Below are positions 9,901 through 18,999 of a stretch of 53,400 nucleotides of DNA, piece by piece. The position numbers and the translations under genes are program-made. The notes under the pieces were generated by a model. That model searched no databases. It was not told the DNA's origin and worked only from the letters and a program-made list of their open reading frames with translations. Each line of letters starts with the position of its first letter. Position 1 is the stretch's first letter. Source of the stretch: Oligoflexales bacterium (GTDB lineage Bacteria > Bdellovibrionota_B > Oligoflexia > Oligoflexales > CAIYRB01); NCBI GenBank assembly GCA_041736175.1, contig JBGSUI010000241.1, positions 1-53,400 of the forward strand, given 5' to 3'.

Positions 9901-12900
9901 GCTGCCCTAGGCACCAACGGCACCAGCACGGCCACTGTAGGTCTTGCCACGGACAACGGCGACGGCACCTACTCCCTAGCGCTCACGGGTTCTACGGCTG
10001 GAACACCCACAGCCATCGTCGTCAGCGTCAACGGAACGCTCTTTACCTCGACGGCCCCCACACTCCAGGTGACTTCCGGGCCCATCAGCCTTTCTCAGTC
10101 CACAGTGGCGATCAACGGCGGAGTTTCCACGGTCACCGCAGGCAGTAGCGTGACTCTCACCTTGACTGGTCGGGATGCTATGGGCAATCTTTTGACCACC
10201 GGTGGACATGGCATCACTTTTGCGACCACCGGAGCGGGCACCAGCACCGGGACTTTTGGTACCATAAACGACCTGGGGAACGGCACCTACACGGTCACTT
10301 TTACGGGTCAAGTCGCGGGAACGGCGGTCTCTTTGCAAGCATCCATTGGTGGACAGCCATTGACCAGTCCCGCCCCTACGATCTCAGTCCTCCCGGGGGC
10401 TTACTCCCTGGCTCAGTCGACTGTGACGATTACAGGCGGACTCACCACAGTCCCCTCGGGATCTAGCGTCACAGCGGTTTTAACTGCGAAAGATGCCCTT
10501 GGAAACCCCCTCACGACCGCTGGTCTTGCGGTCACCTTCGGGTCCAGCGGTGGAACGAGCACCGTCCAATGGGGTAGCGCCACGGACCAGGGCAACGGCA
10601 CCTATTCCATACCAATCACGGGCGTTCTTAGGGGGACAGCCTTGGCCATCATCGGCCGAATTTCCGGGTCACCCGTCACCGCGACGGCACCACAGCTTAC
10701 CGTGACCCAAGGGCCTCTATCTTTAGCCACATCAACCACCAGCGTCACCTCAGCCACCGTCACTTCGGGGCAGACCACGACAGCAACCCTAACCACCCGC
10801 GACGCCGCTGGAAATCCCTTTAGCACCGGTGGCTTTACTGTAAGCTTTAGCCTCGCTGGAGGCACATCAGGAGGCTCCTTTGCCCCTGTCATAGACCACG
10901 GCAACGGCACTTACTCCTCGGTCATGACAGGCACTGGGGCTGGCTCCCTGACAACCGTCCAGACGTCCATCAATGGCAGCCTTGCAACGACTCCTGGGCC
11001 AACCATCACCGTGGTCCCTGCAGGACCGGATTTAGCCCAGTCCACAAGCTCTCTCAGCCTTTCAAGTATCGAGGCTGGCTCCACATCAACCCTGACAGTG
11101 GTCCTACGGGACTCCAACGGTAACCAACTCCTTGGGGGAGGCGCCACCGTCGCGGCGACTCTGAGCAACGACGGCACCAGCACCGCCCAGGTCGACCTGG
11201 CCGTGGACCAAGGCAACGGCACCTATGCCATCGACTTTACAGGCAACGTCTCTGGAACTCCGGCTTCTGTCGTCGTCACAGTGGATGGGTCTCCCTTGAC
11301 CTCGACCGCTCCCACTCTCCAGGTGACCCCAGGCCCTTTCAGCCTTGCGGCTTCTCTCGTCACCATCGCCAATGGAGTGGTCTCTTCCGGCACCACGACC
11401 ACGATTTCCCTGACCCTTCGGGATACCTTTCTAAACGCCGTACCCGATGGGGGTCAAACCGTGGACTTTGAAGGTTTTGGTGGTGGAACCAGTACTTTTT
11501 CTTTGGGTCCCGTGTCCCATACCGGTGGAGGAGTCTACCAAGCGACCCTTACAGGGATCCTCTCTGGATCTGCAAAAACCTTAAGAGCCCTTATCGGTGG
11601 CCAACCCACCACCAGCACGGCACCAACCGTCACGGTGACCCCTGGTGCCATCAGCCTGGCCCAGTCGACTTTAGCCGTCAATGGTGGAGCAACTCTTGTG
11701 ACTTCGGGATCCAGTGTGACCTTGACCCTGACAGGCCGGGATGGAGCAGGAAATCTACTGACCAGTGGTGGCCACGCAGTCACCTTTGCGACCACCGGGG
11801 CTGGCACCAGCACCGGCACTTTTGGTACTGTCAACGATCTCGGCAACGGCTCCTATACGGTTCCTTTCACAGGACAGGTGGTGGGAACCGCGGTCTCAAT
11901 CCAAGGATCCATCAGCGGACAGCCCCTGACGAGCGGAACCCCTACTCTCACGGTGATGCCTGGAGCCTACTCCCTAGCCCAGTCCTCAGTCACGATCACA
12001 GGGGGACTCACCTCGGTAGCCTCCGGGTCGGCCGTCGAGGCTGTCTTGACAGCTAAAGATGCTGCTGGCAACCAGCTCACTACGGGAGGTCTAACGGTGA
12101 CCTTTATCAAGAGTGCAGGTACCAGCACGATTTCCGTAGGGACGGTAACGGACCAGGGCAACGGCACCTATAAAGCTCAGATCACAGGTGTTCTCAAGGG
12201 AACGGCAACCAATATCATAGGCAGGATCGCAGGGAGCAATGTGACCTTTGCAGCCCCGCAATTAACAGTGACCCAAGGCCCCCTTTCGCTATCCGCATCG
12301 ACAACCACAAGATCAGTGGGTTCGGTCGCTGCTGGTCAGACAGCGGTGCTAACGTTTACGGCAAGGGATGCTGCTGGAAACCAGTTTTCCACCGGTGGCA
12401 TGGTTGTGGAATTTTCATTGAGTGGTCTCTCCCAAGGGACTTTGGACGACGTCACCGATGTGGGCAACGGTACCTACACCGCGTTGTTTACTGGGACCGA
12501 CGCTGGAACCGCGTCTACGATCTCCACACAGGTCGATGGTGACCTTGTCACTTCGGCATCACCTACCATCACCGTAGTCCCTGGAGATATCGATCTCGAT
12601 CTTTCTACGGCATCCCTTTCGGCACCCGTATTGACCTCAGGAACCACATCGCTCCTCTCGGTGACTTTACGGGATGCTTACGGAAACCAAATGAGTACCG
12701 GGGGAAGCAACGTAACCTGTGCTCTCGATGGAAACGGAACCAGCACGGCAAGTTTTGGCTCAACTCAAGACTTTGGCGACGGAACCTATGGGATCACCCT
12801 GACGGGCCTAGTCTCAGGGACGCCTAATACAGTGATCGTTTCCGTCAACGGACAAACCCTAAACTCCGGGGCAGGATCGATCACAGTGGAATCCGGGACG

Positions 12901-15900
12901 ATTTCGCCTGCAGGGAGCACCTTGGCCATGGAGTCCGCAACCGTTGTTTCTGGAACAGATTATTGGGTCAGACTGACGGCTCGGGATTTTGGAGGCAACC
13001 TTGTCGCCACCGGAGGCGCAACAGTGGTTTTTTCCCACACAGGGGGGACTTCGACAGCCACCATTGGACCTGTGACAGATGTGGGGGATGGAACCTACAC
13101 GGCAACTCTAACCGGTGTGACTGCTGGAACCGCTACGGCTCTTGCAGCTACGATCGATGGGGCCAACGTCACGACGACCGCACCCACGTTTTCCGTCGTC
13201 GCCGCAGCATCGACAGTGTTAGAACTCAGCGGCTTTCCAACAACGGTGGAGGCTGGCAGCGCCCAGACCCTAACCGTCACGGCCAAAGACAACGCCGGGA
13301 ACATCGACACAAATTTTGTGGGGACTATCGATATCACTTCAACGGATGTTCAAGCGGTCCTGTCACCTGCATCGTACACTTACACACCTGCTGATATGGG
13401 GGTCAAAAATTTTGCCGTCACTCTAAAAACCGCCGGGACCGTATCGGTCACCGCGACAGATGCGGGAAACCCTTTGATCACCGTCACCCAAGCTGGGATT
13501 ACGGTTGAAGCAGCTCCTGCAACCCATATCGCATTTAACGGAGTGTCGGAAAGTAAGGTTTTAGTCTGCAGTCCCAATCTAATGGTAGAGTCCCAAGACT
13601 CCTTCGGCAATCTGTCCCCTGTTTTGTCAAATTTGACCGTCGCCCTTACGGGTCAGGGAAGTGGGACCTATTATGATGATGTTGCCTGTACCAATCCCGT
13701 GACAACCATGCCACTCAATGTCGGCGAAGGGAGCCTGACCCTGTATTTTAAGAGCGCGACTCCAGAAAACTTAAGCCTCCTCGCCTCAGCCAGTGGACTC
13801 ATCAGTGTTAGCAAAAATTTTGCAGTCAAACCTTACCAAGCGTGGCTGGGTAGCTTTTCCACACAGTCTCTCTACGAACCAGGCGGCCATGCCCTTAGGG
13901 GTCGGTTTGACGGTATGATGAATGGACCCATGGCGACTATCACTGATAGCGATGGTAAGATTTATATAGCAGATTCAAGCAACCACCGGATTCACAAGTA
14001 CGATCCAAATACTGGTTTTGAGGGATGGATTGGCAGAGTTTCCCTCACCCCGACGGGCGGCTTTACCGGTTGCGACACTGCTGTCGGCCTGACACCTGGC
14101 TGGTGCGTTGGGGGGTTTTCAAGCTCGGGGTCTGGCGATGGCCAGATGAATAGCCCAGGTGGAATCGCCCTTTCGAACACCTATCTTTATGTAGCCGATA
14201 GCTCTAACCACCGTATCCTTCGCTACGAACTCGACACGGGGACATTTGCCGGTTGGACCGGACGAATCCTGACCTCTCCAACCGGTGGTGACCTAGGGTG
14301 TGCAGGAGCTGCCGTCGGGACCACGACTCCAGGATGGTGTACTGGGGGAACCGCCCAGTCGGGATCTGGAATGGGGCAATACAATATCCCTCGCAATCTG
14401 CTCCTCGACGGGGATTATCTCTACATTGCTGACAACACAAATCATAGAATCGCCAAGCTCGACGTGATTCTCGGGGTGATGGAAAGCTGGATTGGTTGGA
14501 TCAATACATCCCCCACCGGCGGAGCTGCGGGCTGCACAGGTGCTGCCGTTAGCACCGTCACACCTGGCTGGTGCTCTGGCGGGTCGGCCAAGACAGGCAC
14601 CGTCATGGGTTCCCTTAAAAACCCCCGAGGATTGGCTACGGACGGGACTTACCTTTATGTTGCCGATACAGGCAATCACCGCATCCAGCGCTATATGTTA
14701 GCAACCGGAACCATCCAAAGCTGGATTGGTCGCGTCAGCTCCAAGCCAACAGGAGGTGATCCTGGATGCTCCGCAGCTGCCACAAATAGCTTCACCCCTG
14801 GATGGTGCATTGGTGGTACCTCTAAGAGTGGGACAGGCAATGGGGCCATGAGCAGTCCTTACAGTGTTTCGGTGATCTCTGGGGATCTGTTTGTCGCCGA
14901 CTTTACCAACAGCAGGATCAACAAGTATGTGGCCAGCACAGCGGCTTTTGTAGGTTGGTTGGGGCGGGTTTTGACGGTTCCCACGGGTGGAGCAGCGGGC
15001 TGCACAACCACTACGATAGGATCCGCAACCCCTGGGTGGTGTCTTGGGGGCACCGCTCAGTCAGGGATCGAGGATGGAATGATGTACTCACCTTCAAATG
15101 TCATCGAAGACAATGGATCTCTGTTAGTCACCGACAACTTAAATCACCGGGTCGCCAAGATCGATCCAGCCACAGGCTCCTATGTGGGTTGGCTCGGAGC
15201 GCGATCTAACACCCAATCGGACTGGACTGTCTCCTGGAGCCAACCTAGCCTTTCAGGAAGGGACAGCTCGTCCTTCTATAGCGCCTTAGGAATCGCTTCG
15301 GACGGAACCAACATCTACGTAGCGGACGGGACCAATCACCGCATTAAAAACTATAGTCTCTCAGCCACAGGTTTAGATTTTACGGGCTGGCTTGGTGCCA
15401 TTTGGAGCAAACCCACCGGCGGCGGGGCCTCCTGTACTGGCGCGGCTCTTAACGCCACAACTCCTACCTGGTGTTCTGGGGGATCGGCTAAGACGGGGAC
15501 CTCCAACGGTCAATTCAACATACCCAACGATATCTATGTGGATGAAACTCATCTTTACACCGTTGATAAATCCAACCACCGGGTTCAAAAATTTACAAAA
15601 TCGACCGCGGCTTTCGTCGGCTGGATCGGTCGTATCAACGCATCCCCAACGGGTGGCGATCCTGGATGCAGCGGTGCCGCAACCAACGGATTTACCCCTG
15701 GTTGGTGTAGTGGCGGGACCGCAAAAAGCGGAAACGGTGACGGCCACTTCAGCTCACCTCAGGGGATCTACGGTGACGCGACCTATCTCTATGTGGTTGA
15801 TACCGTAAACAACAGGGTGATGCGCTTTACTAAAACTACGGGAGCTTTCGGCGGGTGGATTGGCCGGGTGCTGACGGTTCCTACGGGAGGTGAAGCAGGT

Positions 15901-16539
15901 TGTACGTCGGTTGCGATCGGCAGCCCAACCCCTGGCTGGTGTACAGGTGGTACGGCCCAGACTGGTACTGGCAATGGTGCTCTGTCAGCACCCACGGACG
16001 CCACGGGTGACGGGACCTATCTGTATGTTTCTGACTCTTCAAACAACCGCATCCTTCGGTTTGATACCGCCACGGGATCCTTTCAGGGATGGCTCGGTCG
16101 CATCTCCACATCACCAACCGGTGGCGACGCCGGCTGTGCGGGTGCTGTGACAGGGACAGCAACACCTGGATTCTGTACCGGTGGCACTGCCCAATTTGGG
16201 ACGGGCAACGGACATCTTAGAACCCCTCGGGGCCTATGGACCAACGGGACCCACCTCTACGTCGTCGATGGCACAAACCATCGAATCGTGAAAATGACGA
16301 CCAGCGGCACCTTTGTGGGCTGGCAGGGGCGAATCAACACGGCACCCACCGGGGGAGAGTCTGGCTGTTTAGGGGCAAGTTCTGGAACTCTTACCCAGGG
16401 CTGGTGTACCGGCGGGACCGCCTCCAGGGGTGATAGGGTTGGCATGTTCGACACGCCGATGTTTATAACGGGAACTGACAGCACCTACTTGGTGGTGACC
16501 CAAACCAATAATTCCCTCCTAACGCGAGTCCCTTACTAA
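6958..16539 (+). CDS. Giant surface lipoprotein/adhesin: about 19 invasin/filamin-like Ig repeats, 2 further Ig-like domains, C-terminal NHL repeats
   Basis: Lipobox-like LLLIHAC. Repeats of about 104 aa (S..T....V.SG....LTL..RD..GN....GG..V.F......D.G.GTY....TG...G) from about 7270 to 13200. NHL motifs LYVADSxNHRI from about 13840. Confidence 0.85.
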   Translation: MLKLNFKLPTINPILLGLGLLLIHACSGGGGGGNDTTPTEEEGTITGGVQSGGNLPNGGGGKQTSVKPLGTLTKTSGSTGTATSTSAKTGTDTATTTQVSDPLKSKIIYTGPETLKAGSPITLSFKGLTDKGEDINQGGEEISFTVVSGSGGGEFGPVEDHGDGTYSAHFMPQKAGNGVVLGAKIGKALVQETTIALSISPGDIDLARSLTTVERVDLPGGTSTNVSFVAKDAWGNSIGVGKASPVFTLADGTSTGTFASVQDLNNGSYKTTLLGLKAGTPTAIVVQVGVASSPLPSSPRIRVIPGTLSVAHSTLSVAGNVTELASGSIISLTLTAKDAGGNPLTKGGANVSWSLSSGAGISTGQLANLNDNNDGTYTASLSGQNVGTPMTINAQVNGVALTTTSPTLRVIPGTLSLANSTVQTIGGTTVLAAGSQATVQVTLKDLAGNIITTPGQAYAVSLALTSGTSTGAFQPATMTSPGIYQGILTGELAGSSSQVTATVDGLALTSPSPSIQVEPGPLSLSQSTLQLAAGSVASGSSTNITLTLKDSYGNTVADSSQSVSFETFGPGTSTVTIDSPVYMGSGSYQTSLTGVLAGSATSLRARIGGLPTTSSAPTIAVNPGPVSLSQSSLVVQGSPATIDSGSSANLTLTLKDAAGNQLTTGGATASFSLASGNSTGVFGTVTDGSDGTYTTVFTGQGAGTATSLVASVGGQPLTSPAPSLTVLPGPPSLATSVVTLAGSQTSVASGSSITATLQVRDAFGNPLTSGGLAVSFGSSGGTSTVQWGSVSDLNDGTYSVSITGVLKGTPLAVIGRIAGSPVTTTAPQLAVTQGPLSLGTSTTGISISTIISGQTTTLTLTTRDAAGNPFSTGGFTVGFSLAGGSSGGSFAPVIDHGNGTYSSVMTGTAAGSLTTVQTSINGSLATTPGPTITVVPAGPDAAQSTSSLSPSTIASGSQATLTVILRDASGNQLPSGGETVTAALGTNGTSTATVGLATDNGDGTYSLALTGSTAGTPTAIVVSVNGTLFTSTAPTLQVTSGPISLSQSTVAINGGVSTVTAGSSVTLTLTGRDAMGNLLTTGGHGITFATTGAGTSTGTFGTINDLGNGTYTVTFTGQVAGTAVSLQASIGGQPLTSPAPTISVLPGAYSLAQSTVTITGGLTTVPSGSSVTAVLTAKDALGNPLTTAGLAVTFGSSGGTSTVQWGSATDQGNGTYSIPITGVLRGTALAIIGRISGSPVTATAPQLTVTQGPLSLATSTTSVTSATVTSGQTTTATLTTRDAAGNPFSTGGFTVSFSLAGGTSGGSFAPVIDHGNGTYSSVMTGTGAGSLTTVQTSINGSLATTPGPTITVVPAGPDLAQSTSSLSLSSIEAGSTSTLTVVLRDSNGNQLLGGGATVAATLSNDGTSTAQVDLAVDQGNGTYAIDFTGNVSGTPASVVVTVDGSPLTSTAPTLQVTPGPFSLAASLVTIANGVVSSGTTTTISLTLRDTFLNAVPDGGQTVDFEGFGGGTSTFSLGPVSHTGGGVYQATLTGILSGSAKTLRALIGGQPTTSTAPTVTVTPGAISLAQSTLAVNGGATLVTSGSSVTLTLTGRDGAGNLLTSGGHAVTFATTGAGTSTGTFGTVNDLGNGSYTVPFTGQVVGTAVSIQGSISGQPLTSGTPTLTVMPGAYSLAQSSVTITGGLTSVASGSAVEAVLTAKDAAGNQLTTGGLTVTFIKSAGTSTISVGTVTDQGNGTYKAQITGVLKGTATNIIGRIAGSNVTFAAPQLTVTQGPLSLSASTTTRSVGSVAAGQTAVLTFTARDAAGNQFSTGGMVVEFSLSGLSQGTLDDVTDVGNGTYTALFTGTDAGTASTISTQVDGDLVTSASPTITVVPGDIDLDLSTASLSAPVLTSGTTSLLSVTLRDAYGNQMSTGGSNVTCALDGNGTSTASFGSTQDFGDGTYGITLTGLVSGTPNTVIVSVNGQTLNSGAGSITVESGTISPAGSTLAMESATVVSGTDYWVRLTARDFGGNLVATGGATVVFSHTGGTSTATIGPVTDVGDGTYTATLTGVTAGTATALAATIDGANVTTTAPTFSVVAAASTVLELSGFPTTVEAGSAQTLTVTAKDNAGNIDTNFVGTIDITSTDVQAVLSPASYTYTPADMGVKNFAVTLKTAGTVSVTATDAGNPLITVTQAGITVEAAPATHIAFNGVSESKVLVCSPNLMVESQDSFGNLSPVLSNLTVALTGQGSGTYYDDVACTNPVTTMPLNVGEGSLTLYFKSATPENLSLLASASGLISVSKNFAVKPYQAWLGSFSTQSLYEPGGHALRGRFDGMMNGPMATITDSDGKIYIADSSNHRIHKYDPNTGFEGWIGRVSLTPTGGFTGCDTAVGLTPGWCVGGFSSSGSGDGQMNSPGGIALSNTYLYVADSSNHRILRYELDTGTFAGWTGRILTSPTGGDLGCAGAAVGTTTPGWCTGGTAQSGSGMGQYNIPRNLLLDGDYLYIADNTNHRIAKLDVILGVMESWIGWINTSPTGGAAGCTGAAVSTVTPGWCSGGSAKTGTVMGSLKNPRGLATDGTYLYVADTGNHRIQRYMLATGTIQSWIGRVSSKPTGGDPGCSAAATNSFTPGWCIGGTSKSGTGNGAMSSPYSVSVISGDLFVADFTNSRINKYVASTAAFVGWLGRVLTVPTGGAAGCTTTTIGSATPGWCLGGTAQSGIEDGMMYSPSNVIEDNGSLLVTDNLNHRVAKIDPATGSYVGWLGARSNTQSDWTVSWSQPSLSGRDSSSFYSALGIASDGTNIYVADGTNHRIKNYSLSATGLDFTGWLGAIWSKPTGGGASCTGAALNATTPTWCSGGSAKTGTSNGQFNIPNDIYVDETHLYTVDKSNHRVQKFTKSTAAFVGWIGRINASPTGGDPGCSGAATNGFTPGWCSGGTAKSGNGDGHFSSPQGIYGDATYLYVVDTVNNRVMRFTKTTGAFGGWIGRVLTVPTGGEAGCTSVAIGSPTPGWCTGGTAQTGTGNGALSAPTDATGDGTYLYVSDSSNNRILRFDTATGSFQGWLGRISTSPTGGDAGCAGAVTGTATPGFCTGGTAQFGTGNGHLRTPRGLWTNGTHLYVVDGTNHRIVKMTTSGTFVGWQGRINTAPTGGESGCLGASSGTLTQGWCTGGTASRGDRVGMFDTPMFITGTDSTYLVVTQTNNSLLTRVPY
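9541..11031 (+). repeat. Near-identical 237-bp intragenic duplicate (9541-9777 and 10795-11031)
   Basis: About 9 mismatches in 237 nt by eye. Offset 1254 nt, equal to four Ig domains. Confidence 0.9.
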
Positions 16540-16580
16540 ACATTTTTCTTGATCCTGGGCCCAAGGCTGGTTAACGTCAC

Positions 16581-18212
16581 TTGATGAGCCTTATCCTCAC
16601 CATTGCTTTCCTTTTTTCGGCGACCTCCTTTGGCCAATCGGTGGCCAATCCGCTAGCCTATCAGGGTGCTTGCCATGACACAGGTTCGGCTTGGTGCCAG
16701 GAGTATCAGAAAAGACAGCAACAGTTAGACCACTACCTCGACCAGCACCGAGACAATGTGGTCTCCTTTGCCACCGCACCCCTGGGAAACAGCGGGTTCC
16801 CCTATATGTTGTTAAAACTCGCACCAGAACTCTTTCCTGATCTCGTAAAGCCCTTGGGCCGGCATTTTGAACGCCTGGGCCTTACTGGAGACCCCTTTCA
16901 GAAAGAACCTCTCTTACCCCTCGGTCTTAATATCTCTCCGCTAAAATTTAATCTTTGGGGCCTTTCTATCTCGATGCCGCTACAGCTCGCCACCTTAACC
17001 TGTGGTGCCTGCCATATAGGTCGGGTCTTAGGCCCCGACGAAACCCCTAGGCTCCTGATGGGGGCTGGAAACTCCCATTTTGACAGCACGGGACTCTTCG
17101 AGTTTTTCAAAAATATAGTAAACCATCCTCACTATCAGCCGGATTTGATTCGAGAGGCCATCACCTCAAAACCGAGTGGCTGGTTTTATCCAGGTTGGAT
17201 GGAATTTGTAGAGCGGCAAATTTACACGGGACAAACAGCCAGGATTCTCGCCTTTATCAAAGACTCCGTCCTGACCTCCATGGACCAACAGGACCGACTT
17301 ATCAACCAAACGGGCTACCTCCCTGTGGGTGCAGCCAGCTATTTTAGCCGCACCCCCGGGCGGGCCGATGCGGTGAGCCTGACTTTAGCCCTATACATAA
17401 AAGAGTCCCAATGGGACAAAATGCCCCAAAAACCAACGATCACCAAGATCATGAGCGTATGGTCCCAAAAAGATCGCCAGGTGGGTCACTGGACAGCGGA
17501 TATGCCCAGTGGCGTTTATCCCGTCGTGGCTGCCGCCGTGGCGGTCGTCGGGGACCCCCGCAACCTAAACCAAAATAACATTATGAAATCAACAAGGCTC
17601 ATAAAAGAGTTGCCTCCGCCGCCCTACCCCTTTGCTGTAGACTGGGATAAGGCACAGCGTGGAAAAGCCCACTTTTATAAATTCTGCGCCTCTTGCCACG
17701 TGGGAGACGACAAGGTTTACCCCCAAGAAGAGCTGGGCACAGACCCTTGGCGGCTTGCAGCCACCACCGATGTCACCCGAGCGGGATTTGACCGAGCCCT
17801 ACACCAAGGATGCCCAGAGTCCCTGATGGGTGAGCTTTGCCTTAAGGATAACCAAGCTATACTTAGACCGAGGGAGGAACCTGTAGGCTACGTGGCCACA
17901 CCCCTTGATGGGATCTGGGCCCGCGCTCCTTATCTCCATAACGGATCGGTGCCCACCCTCGAGCACCTTCTTGTCCCTCGGTTTCGCCCGACCCAATTTG
18001 TCGTCGGCAGCATGCACTACGATCCCGTCCGCGTTGGCTTTCGGTGGCAAACCGAAGGCAAAACAACTGAGGAGCACACGGAGATCTACCTCACAGGTCG
18101 ACCCGCCCAGATCAATCGTGGCCACGAGGGCTCGATCTATCTTGGCGACATGGATTGGCAGGTCGAGGTCGAAAAGCGCTCGGAGCTGATCGAGTTTATG
18201 AAGACTCTTTAA
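16581..18212 (+). CDS. Exported diheme c-type cytochrome, RoxA-like / cytochrome c peroxidase superfamily
   Basis: Signal peptide; CGACH and CASCH heme motifs; LDGIWARAPYLHNGSVPTL, NRGHE and terminal LIEFMKTL. Confidence 0.75.
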   Translation: MMSLILTIAFLFSATSFGQSVANPLAYQGACHDTGSAWCQEYQKRQQQLDHYLDQHRDNVVSFATAPLGNSGFPYMLLKLAPELFPDLVKPLGRHFERLGLTGDPFQKEPLLPLGLNISPLKFNLWGLSISMPLQLATLTCGACHIGRVLGPDETPRLLMGAGNSHFDSTGLFEFFKNIVNHPHYQPDLIREAITSKPSGWFYPGWMEFVERQIYTGQTARILAFIKDSVLTSMDQQDRLINQTGYLPVGAASYFSRTPGRADAVSLTLALYIKESQWDKMPQKPTITKIMSVWSQKDRQVGHWTADMPSGVYPVVAAAVAVVGDPRNLNQNNIMKSTRLIKELPPPPYPFAVDWDKAQRGKAHFYKFCASCHVGDDKVYPQEELGTDPWRLAATTDVTRAGFDRALHQGCPESLMGELCLKDNQAILRPREEPVGYVATPLDGIWARAPYLHNGSVPTLEHLLVPRFRPTQFVVGSMHYDPVRVGFRWQTEGKTTEEHTEIYLTGRPAQINRGHEGSIYLGDMDWQVEVEKRSELIEFMKTL

Positions 18213-18240
18213 AGCCCCCTGATGGTCACAGGTCTAGGAA

Positions 18241-18291
18241 AAAAAGAGAAACCTGCGGGGCCCCATTGATGGGGCTTGGTCCCGCAGGTTT
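18241..18291 (-). terminator. Intrinsic terminator for the histone-like gene, possibly bidirectional
   Basis: Stem aaacctgcggg/cccgcaggttt enclosing gccccat/atggggc; T-rich tail on the minus strand. Confidence 0.75.
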
Positions 18292-18324
18292 AAACGGCAC
18301 TCGAAACGAGGGCTCTAAGGCTTT

Positions 18325-18726
18325 TTAGGGCTCATAGATCGGGTCTTGGTCGGCATCATCATGATCCCCCTGATCGTATCCTTGATCAGATCCGTACTCC
18401 GCTTCGTCTGCATGATCGCTCTCGCCATATCCCGAGTCAGCCTTTTTCTTGGAGCGGGACTTCTTGGCTTTTGCCTTTTTAGCTTTAGGCTTGGCCTTAG
18501 ACTTGGACGCAGACTTAGCTGCCGATTTTTTCGCCGCACCGCTTGTCTTTTTAGCCTTCGCTGTGCGACCGACCTTCTTAGCGGCCTTCTTCACTTTCTT
18601 GGCTGTCTTAGCCTTTTTGACTTTGGCCTTCTTGGATTTTTTGGCGCCAGAGCTGCGAGCAGCTTTGACTTTCTTTGCTTTTTTAGCAGTTTTTGCCTTC
18701 TTTGCTTTCTTTTTCTTCTTTGCCAT
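18325..18726 (-). CDS. Histone H1-like Lys/Ala-rich protein with acidic C-terminal tail
   Basis: About 95 residues of KKAKKAKTAKK-type sequence, then a D/E/Y/G-rich tail; SD GGAGGAG; own terminator. Confidence 0.75.
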   Translation of the reverse strand: MAKKKKKAKKAKTAKKAKKVKAARSSGAKKSKKAKVKKAKTAKKVKKAAKKVGRTAKAKKTSGAAKKSAAKSASKSKAKPKAKKAKAKKSRSKKKADSGYGESDHADEAEYGSDQGYDQGDHDDADQDPIYEP

Positions 18727-18800
18727 AAATGTATTCTCCTCCGTTATATGGAATGATTACAGAATAAACTTAGTTTGAGTTGACATGCTACACGAAAAAA

Positions 18801-18830
18801 TTGACGGGCTAACACTTAGCATGCTAGAAC
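18801..18830 (+). promoter_or_regulatory. Candidate sigma70 promoter of the his operon
   Basis: TTGACG (18801-18806) and extended -10 TGcTAGAAC (18822-18830). Confidence 0.5.
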
Positions 18831-18843
18831 CCTGTTCTGAGCG

Positions 18844-18863
18844 TGTGCTACTAAGCTAACACA
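18844..18863. promoter_or_regulatory. Candidate TrpR/YerC-family operator
   Basis: TGTGCTA-CTAAGC-TAACACA is a 7-6-7 palindrome with one mismatch, the same architecture as the TrpR box TGTACTA-GTTAAC-TAGTACA, upstream of a TrpR-like gene. Confidence 0.6.
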
Positions 18864-18999
18864 GTGAAACAAATGTAAAACACCTATTTCAAGGCAAATA
18901 CCTATTATTATTGATGTAAAATATAGATCGTCATTCACCATTACTTTGTAAATTGTTCAGTTTATCCCCTCAAATTGGGACTAAATCTAACCATAAAGA

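Noticed and set aside
6870..16484. Many 60-140 aa antisense or alternate-frame ORFs within the giant gene and other long genes
   Set aside because: Shadow ORFs of repetitive coding sequence; they echo the sense-strand repeats and carry no motifs.
18346..18778. Hydrophobic + strand ORFs rich in Phe/Leu/Ala
   Set aside because: Antisense of Lys/Ala codons; the minus-strand gene has the SD and terminator.
18864..18999. His leader peptide or attenuator
   Set aside because: No start codon leading into a His-codon run and no terminator/antiterminator pair.
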